32,000 nucleotides of DNA. Origin: Desulfocapsa sulfexigens DSM 10523 (GTDB taxonomy: Bacteria; Desulfobacterota; Desulfobulbia; Desulfobulbales; Desulfocapsaceae). Location: contig NC_020304.1 of NCBI RefSeq assembly GCF_000341395.1, positions 720,001 to 752,000 of the forward strand. Reading direction: 5' to 3'. The notes under the pieces are model-generated. The model searched no databases, was not told the DNA's origin, and saw only the letters and a list, made by a program, of their open reading frames with translations. Shown piece by piece: positions 9,482 through 17,633 of this stretch. Position numbers and translations under genes: made by a program. Within the stretch, counting starts at the first letter, position 1. Each line of letters begins with the position of its first letter.

Positions 9482-12331
9482 TCAGATTTTTTCAATCTTT
9501 GTCTTGATATATTTCAAAGGCGGCGTTGCCGTCCATTTACATGTTGTATTCGGCCTCAGTAACATATTGGTATTAAATCCCTTGTACTGCGGGTATTTCG
9601 GATCACCTTCAAGTCCATACTTATGACCGAATCCACCGGCGGCAGCGAGTACACCCTGACGAATTCCCCAGGTAACATTGGCAACAGCCTCCACAGAGGC
9701 CCAGGGTGAAGTGATTTTCACTGCGTCGCCATTGGCAATTCCAAGTTCCTTGGCATCGACGTAATTAATCCACACAGGATTGCTTCCGCAGGCCTTCATC
9801 AGAGAAACGTTCCAGAAGGTGGAAGTGTGTTCATGCTCAAGAACCCGGAAAAAACCAGTGATCATGGGAAACTCCTCATCAGGCTGCAATTCAGGCCAAT
9901 CTTCCCAGGGATCCTTGTAATCAGGAAGTCCATCCACTCCGTTTTCTTCTGCAAGAGGATTCATGAAATTGTACTTTCCTGTTTTAGTGTTACCAGATGA
10001 TCCGTAACCGGCAGGTGGATTCATGGAACCCCATTCCTTATATTTGTAATACTCATGCCCGTCGGTGATGTGATAACCAACCTTGCGCAGCTCTTCCAGA
10101 GTAATTGGCTGATTGGAAAGCTGGTTTTCCAGGAACTCATCCTCGTTCTTCCAGGGGAAATATTCACCGTAGCCCAGGCGTTTGGCAATTTCCTGAAAAA
10201 TGGAGACCACTGATTTTGAATCGTACATCGGTTTGATGGCCCGCTGGAAAAGCGAGATAAAGGATTCATACATCCAGTCAGCAACCACCCGACTCTGTTC
10301 AAGATAGGTGCAGTCTGGCAACACCACATCACAGAGTTCAGTTGTGTTGGACATGTAACAGTCGATGGAACATGAGAATTCCAGTTTTTCAATGGCCCGT
10401 TTGACAGATGGCTCACTTCCGCAGGACATAACAGGATTACCAAAGTAGCAGAGCATGGCTTTGAGTTTTCCTTCATCCACATCCTTTTCAAAATAGGCGG
10501 GGATCCATCCACTCCAGAGATGGCCCTTATCAAGCTTTGTTTTAGGTGCATTGTTTGGTGGTTTAGGCTGATCGTCACTCCAGGCTGAAGCCAGTTTTTT
10601 CTTACGAATAAGAGACGGCCCACCGGGTGCATCAAAGGTACCCATCAGCCCGTTCATGGCAATAAGCGCCTGGGTGGCGTGCAGGGTATTCGGTGCCTGG
10701 GTGACACCGGTCCAGCTGTTGGTTCCAACAGCCGGTGCAGCAATGGCAAACTCATGGGCCAGACGGGTAATAGTTCCCGCTGAGATACCACAGATTTCAG
10801 CAGCCCATTCAGGAGTGCGAACGATACCGTCTTCTTCACCCATAAGACGTTTTCTGAACGCCTCAAAGCCATAGGTCCAGTTTTCAACAAAGTCTTTGTT
10901 GTAAAGATCTTCTTTCACAAGTACATAGCACATTGCCATGGCCATGGCGCCATCGGTTCCCGGCTTGATGGCTATCCATTCCGAAGCAATATTTGCAGTT
11001 TCACTACGCCTTGGATCGACCACCACCAGTTTGGCACCACGCTTGACTGCCTTTTTCAAATCGGCAACCTTACGCTGTCCCGCCGAAGTGGCCAGTTCAT
11101 TGATACCAAAAAGCATGATAAATTCTGAGTTTTCGTAATCTATCCAGGGACGCTTCTCACTGAAGTTTTTCTCGTTAGCCATACGTGCCGGATTATCACA
11201 CATCTGCCTGTGAGTGACTTTGTTCGGAGTACCGTAGGCTGCCATAACGGCTTCATGGCACCAGTTATTAAAATCATTGCCACGGTGAAAACCGACTTCA
11301 GTTGGATCGATCCGTTTCAGATTTTCCACGGTGCGGTCAAGGGCTTCTTCCCAGCTGGCCTTACGGAATCTTCCATTTTCCTTGATCAGTGGACTCTTCA
11401 GTCTGTAGGCAGAATATGTATTGTGGTGTGCATTGGCGCCCTTGATGCAAAGTCTGCCCCCCCCCTTTGGATCCCCAGGAAGTCCCTTACAGCCGGTAAT
11501 GATGTTATCTTTCACCCTCACCTCCTGTCCACAGAGGCCGAGACAGATGAAACAGTGCGATTTGACACTCTTCAACTTCTCCGGTGCAACGGTACCCTCT
11601 TCAAGAGTGACATACTCATCGCCAAGCTCAAGTGCGGCTATGGCCTGACTCATATGTTCCAGGATAAAACCGTAGGATTCATCAGTGGCCTGCTGGGAGA
11701 GCATGGCAAAGCTGAACATCCGCTCGTTGAAAAGAAAACTCATGGTGATCTCAGCAAGCCCCCGATAAAACTCAGTCTTGGCCGCACTGGTAAGCACCGC
11801 TGAGAACTCTACCACCCAACTCATAAGATGATTTCGCAGGAAATCAAATTCAGGCTCCTGTTTCACTCCTTTATAGGCCGCCTGTTCGGCAAAGTGACGC
11901 ATGAATTCAAGCTCGGCTGCGATATGATCATCCAGGTCAAGAAAGTCTTTATTCTTATGCAAGCCTGCGGCATTCAGGGCTTCACGCATCTTCACAACTG
12001 GTTCCTGCATAACAAGAGGTTCCCGGGTGGAATAGCAGGACTCGTAGGGAAAGGCTGGATTGTTACCGGCATTGAGAAAGAGATCCGCATATTCATAGCG
12101 CAGTTCATTGAATACTTCTTCTGCAGATGACGATTCAAGAGTACCGCGCATACGGCCAAGGCCTGAACAGAAATCCTGAATGGTACACACTTCCTGTAAT
12201 TTCTTTATCTGGCCAAGAAAAGCTCCTCCACCCATCTTTTCAATAAGCCACAGAGGCACTTCGTCCCGATAGAGGGTGGAAAGGAACTGGTAAATTTTTG
12301 CCCTGGCCAGATTTGTCGCTTTAATATCCAT
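9482..12331 (-). CDS. Fusion protein: N-terminal TorD/DmsD-like chaperone domain plus C-terminal molybdopterin oxidoreductase (DMSO reductase superfamily)
   Basis: First about 225 aa TorD-like (ELRYEYADLFLNAGNNPAFPYESCY, DDHIAAELEFMRHFAEQ). Then HCFICLGLCGQEVRV...GRLCIKG Fe-S motif, LFGINELATSAGQRKVADLKKAVKRGAKLVVVDPRRSETA, GTDGAMAMAMCYVLV and the C-terminal molydopterin-binding domain. Confidence 0.9.
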   Translation of the reverse strand: MDIKATNLARAKIYQFLSTLYRDEVPLWLIEKMGGGAFLGQIKKLQEVCTIQDFCSGLGRMRGTLESSSAEEVFNELRYEYADLFLNAGNNPAFPYESCYSTREPLVMQEPVVKMREALNAAGLHKNKDFLDLDDHIAAELEFMRHFAEQAAYKGVKQEPEFDFLRNHLMSWVVEFSAVLTSAAKTEFYRGLAEITMSFLFNERMFSFAMLSQQATDESYGFILEHMSQAIAALELGDEYVTLEEGTVAPEKLKSVKSHCFICLGLCGQEVRVKDNIITGCKGLPGDPKGGGRLCIKGANAHHNTYSAYRLKSPLIKENGRFRKASWEEALDRTVENLKRIDPTEVGFHRGNDFNNWCHEAVMAAYGTPNKVTHRQMCDNPARMANEKNFSEKRPWIDYENSEFIMLFGINELATSAGQRKVADLKKAVKRGAKLVVVDPRRSETANIASEWIAIKPGTDGAMAMAMCYVLVKEDLYNKDFVENWTYGFEAFRKRLMGEEDGIVRTPEWAAEICGISAGTITRLAHEFAIAAPAVGTNSWTGVTQAPNTLHATQALIAMNGLMGTFDAPGGPSLIRKKKLASAWSDDQPKPPNNAPKTKLDKGHLWSGWIPAYFEKDVDEGKLKAMLCYFGNPVMSCGSEPSVKRAIEKLEFSCSIDCYMSNTTELCDVVLPDCTYLEQSRVVADWMYESFISLFQRAIKPMYDSKSVVSIFQEIAKRLGYGEYFPWKNEDEFLENQLSNQPITLEELRKVGYHITDGHEYYKYKEWGSMNPPAGYGSSGNTKTGKYNFMNPLAEENGVDGLPDYKDPWEDWPELQPDEEFPMITGFFRVLEHEHTSTFWNVSLMKACGSNPVWINYVDAKELGIANGDAVKITSPWASVEAVANVTWGIRQGVLAAAGGFGHKYGLEGDPKYPQYKGFNTNMLLRPNTTCKWTATPPLKYIKTKIEKI

Positions 12332-12346
12332 AATACTCTCCTTTCC

Positions 12347-12733
12347 TCACACGCTCATAGCGCTTTTATTGCCTCTTGATTTCAGGACTTTCTCAACTTT
12401 TTCTTCGAGCTCATCACGATCAATGGGTTTGACACAATATTCATCGGCGCCAAGGCTTATTGCTTCACGGGCAGTTTCAACCGTTGGGTAGCCGGTGAGC
12501 ATAATGGCTTTTATGGATGGCTGGACCTCTTTAAGAAAACCCAGAACTTCGACCCCACTCATCTTTTCCAGCTTTATATCTAGAATGGCAAGATCCACAG
12601 TGTTCTCCTTGGCATAGGCGATGGCCTTATCCTCTTCGGTAAAGCAGTGTACCTTATGTCCTTTTTTAGAAAGAATTTTTCCTATCAGTACCGTTGCATC
12701 CTGCACATCATCTAGAGTCAGTATCTCAGCCAT
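12347..12733 (-). CDS. Single-domain response regulator (CheY-like receiver)
   Basis: ILTLDDVQDATVLIGKILSKKG, DLAILDIKLEKMSG, AIMLTGYPTVETA and CVKPID; no output domain. Confidence 0.9.
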   Translation of the reverse strand: MAEILTLDDVQDATVLIGKILSKKGHKVHCFTEEDKAIAYAKENTVDLAILDIKLEKMSGVEVLGFLKEVQPSIKAIMLTGYPTVETAREAISLGADEYCVKPIDRDELEEKVEKVLKSRGNKSAMSV

Positions 12734-12761
12734 GATATCTCCTTGGTAGTTTGTTTTAGTA

Positions 12762-14348
12762 TCAAAATTGTTCCAGATTTAAGTCTTCATTTACAGACGG
12801 GGATTCCCGCAGTGTAACCGGTAATTTCACATGGAAAGCAGTGCCCCTTATCTTCTCGCCACCCCTCCCCTTCACAGGACTCTCGACCTCTATTGTCCCA
12901 CCGTGTTCTTGTACAATGCCGTAGGAGACAGATAGTCCCAGACCGGTACCTTTTCCTACGGACTTGGTGGTGAAGAAAGGATCGAAAATCTTTGTCACAA
13001 CATCCTCAGGGATTCCATGCCCCGTATCACGTACCGTGGCCACCACCCGGTTAGATTCCTCTTCATATCGGCTGGAAAGATATATATCACCGCCGCCGTC
13101 TTCTTCCATGGCATGGTGGGCATTGTTGATAAAATTGACAAAAACCTGACGCAATTTTTCGGTATCACCCACAATCGCTGGCAAATTATCACTGAAATCA
13201 CGGTGGGCATGGATATGATCCATATTCAGAGAATGTTCTGTCACAGCCAGGACATCTTCCAGTACCTCGTTTATTTGAATATTTTCACGGGCACTTTCCG
13301 ACTGCCGGGAAAACTTCAGTAAATCGGCTACTATTTTGCGGCAGGCTTTGGCCTGTCGTTCAATAACCTGAAGACTTTGTCCCTCCTCACTGTCAGGACT
13401 GAAATCATCCATCATCAGTTGAGAATACCCAAGAATTACACCAAGAGGAGTATTAATCTCATGGGCAACTCCGGCTGCCATCTGTCCCACCGATGCCATT
13501 TTCTCACTGGATGCAAGCTGTTCCATCATGGTTCTGACCCTGGTAAGATCCTTGGCAATCCCCTCACATCCTATAAAATTCCGTTCCTCATCATAAACCG
13601 CAGTTGCAGAAAGAAGGACATAGATTACACTCCCATCAGCCCGAACAAATTCAACTTCCAGATCCTCAACAAATCCTACGGCAATCAGGGTTTCAAAATA
13701 CTTTTCCAGATCATCTTCATTACAAAAAATATTCTGCAATGTAAGATTCCTCTCGTCTTCCATGGTATATCCAAGCATTTCCAGACCTGCCGTGTTCATA
13801 TTGACCAGCCTGTTCACCGAATCACAAAAATAAACCATATCCTTGGAATTAATAAAAAAGTTCCGGAATTTCTTTTCCGAAGCAGAGAGCTTTTTAGTGC
13901 GCTGTTCCACCATCTCTTCAAGATTTGCGTTCATCTTCAGCAACTTATCGGCAGAGACCTCCAGTTGTTCATTGGCCTCCTTTAAGCTTTTTGCTTTTTG
14001 CTGAATTGCACGAAACCCTTCTATCCCTTTGTGGTAATAGATACTTACTGCCGCAAGAGAGATCATTAACAGGGTGTTGAAGCCACCTGAGTAGGGAGCA
14101 AGAACATGCCACTGTTCCGTATTGTCAGCGATCAGAAGTAATTGTTTAAGAAGGTGCCCAACGGCCCTCGAAACGGAAAAGCAGACCAGAGTCAGGCAAA
14201 AATAGAAGAGAAATCCCCAGAGAAAATTTTCGGGTTGTTTACGAATCAGGAGCCAGGCATAACGCAGCGAGAGAAACGACAGCACAATAATAATAAAAGA
14301 GCCAACCATATCGACAAGAATGGCTGGAAGCATGATAAGACTGGTCAT
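12762..14348 (-). CDS. Membrane-bound PAS sensor histidine kinase (HisKA + HATPase_c)
   Basis: N-terminal TM helices, PAS ([33 protein letters not shown]), H-box [22 protein letters not shown], and ATPase boxes [39 protein letters not shown]. Confidence 0.93.
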   Translation of the reverse strand: MTSLIMLPAILVDMVGSFIIIVLSFLSLRYAWLLIRKQPENFLWGFLFYFCLTLVCFSVSRAVGHLLKQLLLIADNTEQWHVLAPYSGGFNTLLMISLAAVSIYYHKGIEGFRAIQQKAKSLKEANEQLEVSADKLLKMNANLEEMVEQRTKKLSASEKKFRNFFINSKDMVYFCDSVNRLVNMNTAGLEMLGYTMEDERNLTLQNIFCNEDDLEKYFETLIAVGFVEDLEVEFVRADGSVIYVLLSATAVYDEERNFIGCEGIAKDLTRVRTMMEQLASSEKMASVGQMAAGVAHEINTPLGVILGYSQLMMDDFSPDSEEGQSLQVIERQAKACRKIVADLLKFSRQSESARENIQINEVLEDVLAVTEHSLNMDHIHAHRDFSDNLPAIVGDTEKLRQVFVNFINNAHHAMEEDGGGDIYLSSRYEEESNRVVATVRDTGHGIPEDVVTKIFDPFFTTKSVGKGTGLGLSVSYGIVQEHGGTIEVESPVKGRGGEKIRGTAFHVKLPVTLRESPSVNEDLNLEQF

Positions 14349-14818
14349 TCCTTCTCCTCCTCACAACTGCTGCGATAGATGCCCTTCATAGCAAGATAGA
14401 GAAAATAGAGAGCTGGAACGCTGAAAAGATGGTCAAGCTTAGTGAAATAAAACCAGAGCTTTACATTGGTGAGTGGTCCCTGAAGTCTGGTGGTCAGATA
14501 GCCTCCTTCACGGGTGAAATGGACACTGTCTACAAATGCAGCAAGAGAATGTCCTGTAAAGGCCACAATATTCCAGAGTATCATAAAAACACAACAAATC
14601 TGGAGATAACGCCATCCCTGAGACTTGAAGGCACTCTGGCGAATCCCCCAGATGAGATAACACATAGCAGCAGTATAAAAGATATGGGCCAATTGATGAA
14701 CGTATAAACCCTCCGGAGCACCGTGACTTTGTACAGCCCAGGCGTTCTCAGGAAACACAGTCAGCGTCATTAGGAGGAGAAACGGGGACATTCTGTGCGT
14801 TGTTTTAAGAAAGTTCAT
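14345..14818 (-). CDS. Small multi-TM membrane protein with signal peptide, coupled to the histidine kinase
   Basis: 157 aa, signal peptide ending AWA, several hydrophobic segments with membrane-associated His (YVHQLAHIFY); 4-nt overlap with the kinase gene. Confidence 0.7.
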   Translation of the reverse strand: MNFLKTTHRMSPFLLLMTLTVFPENAWAVQSHGAPEGLYVHQLAHIFYTAAMCYLIWGIRQSAFKSQGWRYLQICCVFMILWNIVAFTGHSLAAFVDSVHFTREGGYLTTRLQGPLTNVKLWFYFTKLDHLFSVPALYFLYLAMKGIYRSSCEEEKE

Positions 14819-14906
14819 TCCGTACCATCAATGTATTATAGGCTTACCACAGACCTGTAAAAACCTGCCTTCCACAAGAGACAGTGGCCCACATCACACA
14901 TGACAT

Positions 14907-14922
14907 TGCACATACGGTGCCA
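14907..14922 (-). promoter_or_regulatory. Predicted sigma54 (-24/-12) promoter driving 14818 and downstream genes
   Basis: Minus-strand TGGCACCGTATGTGCA versus consensus TGGCACGNNNNTTGCA. GG/GC spacing is exact. It lies about 90 nt upstream of the start at 14818. Confidence 0.65.
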
Positions 14923-15032
14923 CATTTAGGCACAAATAAATTATTTCACACTAAAACGAAAAATCAAAGGGTTATTTCATAAAAGATACAACATAGTGAC
15001 AATACAGCTTTTGCTGCACACTGGCAGAAACC

Positions 15033-15056
15033 GCATCGAAAAAGATGCACCGCATC
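15033..15056. promoter_or_regulatory. Inverted repeat plus extra half-site, candidate enhancer-binding site
   Basis: GCATC-gaaaaa-GATGC (15033-15048) followed by another GCATC (15052-15056). About 110-150 bp upstream of the predicted sigma54 promoter. Confidence 0.35.
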
Positions 15057-15245
15057 AAAAACAGTGCAATGTTGAGTGTTGTGGATACTGCTGTAGGACA
15101 ACTGCTTAACGCAGATTTCACTAACAAACCATGAAAAGGAATACTATCGGAACACTGGTGCCACAAAACAGATGCACTCTTAAATGTAAGGAGGATGACC
15201 TCTCAGGGTACTGCGTGATACCTTAAGGTTCACTGCAGTGCGAAA

Positions 15246-16670
15246 TCAGCCTCTGAATGGCTGGGAACTCACCTTGAAACGCTGCATCAGGCGCTGGAAT
15301 GACTGCCGCCCCAATCCACTTTCACGAGCTGCAGCAGAAACATTCCCATTACTCATAGTCAGAGCTCTTTCCAGATAGGTCGAAGTGAAAGTAACCATCA
15401 CTTCTTCTTTTGCTTCGTTATAGGGAAGCTGATACACACACACAGGAACCTCAACTCCTCTTTTATCTTTCAAACCGTCCTCTTCCAGCTCTTCCGGGCT
15501 AAGAAGATCCTTGGGGGTGATTATATCGCCAGGGGTGAGCAGAACAGCGCGATTGATCCGGTTCTGCAGCTCACGGACATTCCCCTTCCACTCTCTGCGC
15601 TCCAGACATTTCAGTGCCTCCTGAGAAAATTCCATGCCTTCCCGGTGGTACTCCTGCACATAAATATTGAAAAAATGAAGCGCCAGCAGAGGTATATCTT
15701 CCCGTATCTCTTCCAGTGAAGGCATGGTAACCGTCATCACATTTAGACGATAAAAGAGGTCTTCCCGGAATTCTCCTCGCTCCATCTTCGCTTCAAGGTC
15801 CTGGTTGGTTGATGCAAGTACTCTAACGTCAACTTTCACAGTACTGGTCTGCCCCAGAGGCTGTATTTCTTTTTCCTGCAGGACACGCAGCAGTTTGGTC
15901 TGGAGTGAAACGGGAATATCGGCGATTTCATCAAGCAGGATCGTGGAACCCGACGCCTCAAGGAAGAGTCCGTCTTTATCATGATCAGCTCCGGTGAATG
16001 CGCCCTTGGCGTATCCAAAAAGCTCGCTCTCCAGGATCTGTTCGGGCAGAGCTGGACAGTTCACCGTGATCATTCTTTTCTTTCCGCGATTGCTCATTTT
16101 ATGAATGGTCCTGGCTGCGACTTCTTTCCCGGTTCCGGACTCTCCACGAATCAGGACTGTTGCGTCACTCTGCCCCAGTCTGGTCAGAAGATCTATTGCC
16201 CGTTGCAGGGGAACACTCTGACCGATAAACTCAGTGGTTTTGTCACTTTTTTGCAGCTCCTTATGCAATTGCTGATTCTCACGAAGCAGTTGTGTACGCT
16301 CAAATGCACGCAGAATAATCAAACTGATTTTGGAGTTATCAAAAGGTTTTTCAAGAAAATCGTAAGCCCCGTTTTTTAGAGCTGTCACCGCCATTTCTAT
16401 GGTTCCATAGCCCGTCATGATCACGACACTGATGGTTCTGTCTAATTCAGACACCCTGCTCAAGAGCTGCAGACCATCCATGTCAGGCATAACAATATCT
16501 GTCATGATCACATCCGGATGCCAGGATGCGATTTTCTCCAGAGCTTCCTTACCGGACCGGGCAATGGCCACATCGCACCCACATTTTTTTCCTAGAACCT
16601 TGCGCAAAAGAATCAGCAAATCCTTTTCATCATCTACTATCAATAACCGCCTGTTCTTGTCGGCCTCCAT
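15246..16670 (-). CDS. NtrC-family sigma54-dependent response regulator (receiver, AAA+, Fis-type HTH)
   Basis: VIMTDIVMPDMDG receiver; GESGTGKEVAARTIH; ELFGYAKGAFTGAD (GAFTGA loop); ANVRELQ-like GNVRELQNRINRAV; HTH GNVSAAARESGLGRQSFQRLMQ. Confidence 0.96.
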   Translation of the reverse strand: MEADKNRRLLIVDDEKDLLILLRKVLGKKCGCDVAIARSGKEALEKIASWHPDVIMTDIVMPDMDGLQLLSRVSELDRTISVVIMTGYGTIEMAVTALKNGAYDFLEKPFDNSKISLIILRAFERTQLLRENQQLHKELQKSDKTTEFIGQSVPLQRAIDLLTRLGQSDATVLIRGESGTGKEVAARTIHKMSNRGKKRMITVNCPALPEQILESELFGYAKGAFTGADHDKDGLFLEASGSTILLDEIADIPVSLQTKLLRVLQEKEIQPLGQTSTVKVDVRVLASTNQDLEAKMERGEFREDLFYRLNVMTVTMPSLEEIREDIPLLALHFFNIYVQEYHREGMEFSQEALKCLERREWKGNVRELQNRINRAVLLTPGDIITPKDLLSPEELEEDGLKDKRGVEVPVCVYQLPYNEAKEEVMVTFTSTYLERALTMSNGNVSAAARESGLGRQSFQRLMQRFKVSSQPFRG

Positions 16671-16675
16671 ACCTT

Positions 16676-17632
16676 CTAGACCTCTCTCGTATCCCGTGTA
16701 GCCTGGAAATATTGCTGTACAAAACGCCCGGATACAGTATCAACAATTGAAAAATGCAGCACATCGCCAGATGGAAATGAATCGGTCAAGGCAAGAAAGA
16801 CATCTCTGGAGATCTTTGTCGATATTGTAGTCAATGTCTTTTTCTTCTCCAAATCTGTAATATTGCGGCAACGCAGAGGACGCCTGTCGCAAATCAGACA
16901 ATTGCCTTCATCTAAAAGAGGGCAAAGATATGTTGAGGCAGATTTTTTCTCAAGCGCTCGTTCAAGAACAGTTTTACGCTTTTCCCGGCTGAGTTGTGAA
17001 TTGATAACATGACTGACATAGACCGCTTCAATCAGTTGCAGATCAAAGGAATGGCTGCAGATCGCCGTGTCAAGCGGAGGGGTGCCAGCCTCGGCAAGCA
17101 ATGCCTCATAATCATGAAAAAATGGCTGCAGATCTATTGTGCTCGGGTTTTCTATAGTTGCCTCCCTTGCATCCAGCTGTCCCTGCTGCTTACTGTATTT
17201 CTTGAGGAGTTTCCACTGACTGTAGTTAGTGGGATTGGCCCTGGTTCCTTTGAGTGTTTTCTCGGTGTACTTAAGAGCCAGCCCCCGTCGTAGAAAATAA
17301 GCGGAGATAAAGGTACCCGTCCGGCCATGCCCGTGACGACAATGAACAAGAACCTTCTTCTTTAAATAAAGAGCTTCATCCAGCCACTCCAATGCCTCTT
17401 TCATTTTCTCCAGATCCGGGGCACACTCATCCGGAGTGGGAAGGAAAAAAACCTCAAAACCAGACTGTTCCTCAATCTCATGCAAATCGGTGAATTCTCC
17501 GCAGAGATTAACTATTGCCCTGACCCCCTGATCCCTGATAGAATCAAGCTCATCGTATGACATGGGTGCATACCCGACTGCCAGCTGGCTGGTTAACCAT
17601 GTAAGTTGATATGACATGTTTTTTTCTTTCAT
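16676..17632 (-). CDS. Dual-specificity/tyrosine phosphatase domain fused to a Cys-rich (YkgJ-like) C-terminal region
   Basis: PTP loop VLVHCRHGHGRTGTFISAY; C-terminal CPLLDEGNCLICDRRPLRCR resembles the YkgJ-like metal-binding Cys pattern. An internal start (MSYQLTW...) is possible. Confidence 0.8.
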   Translation of the reverse strand: MKEKNMSYQLTWLTSQLAVGYAPMSYDELDSIRDQGVRAIVNLCGEFTDLHEIEEQSGFEVFFLPTPDECAPDLEKMKEALEWLDEALYLKKKVLVHCRHGHGRTGTFISAYFLRRGLALKYTEKTLKGTRANPTNYSQWKLLKKYSKQQGQLDAREATIENPSTIDLQPFFHDYEALLAEAGTPPLDTAICSHSFDLQLIEAVYVSHVINSQLSREKRKTVLERALEKKSASTYLCPLLDEGNCLICDRRPLRCRNITDLEKKKTLTTISTKISRDVFLALTDSFPSGDVLHFSIVDTVSGRFVQQYFQATRDTREV

Positions 17633-17633
17633 A

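Noticed and set aside
10021-11138. Overlapping ORFs 10021..10635, 10654..10890, 10656..10874 and 10938..11138
   Set aside because: They are antisense or out-of-frame shadows of the well-supported TorD-Mo oxidoreductase and have no recognisable domains.
11210-11803. 197-aa plus-strand ORF opposite the molybdoenzyme gene
   Set aside because: Its length arises from codon bias of the strongly supported minus-strand gene. The protein is low in domain-like features and no independent RBS was recognised.
14926-14942. Second sigma54-like sequence (AGGCACAAATAAATTAT, plus strand)
   Set aside because: It lacks the -12 GC dinucleotide and does not face a plausible gene start.
15191-15240. Small palindromes GAGG-ATGA-CCTC, GGTA...TACC and CACTGCAGTG near the 3' side of the sigma54 regulator gene
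   Set aside because: Too short, and no T tract for a terminator in either orientation. No basis for assigning function.
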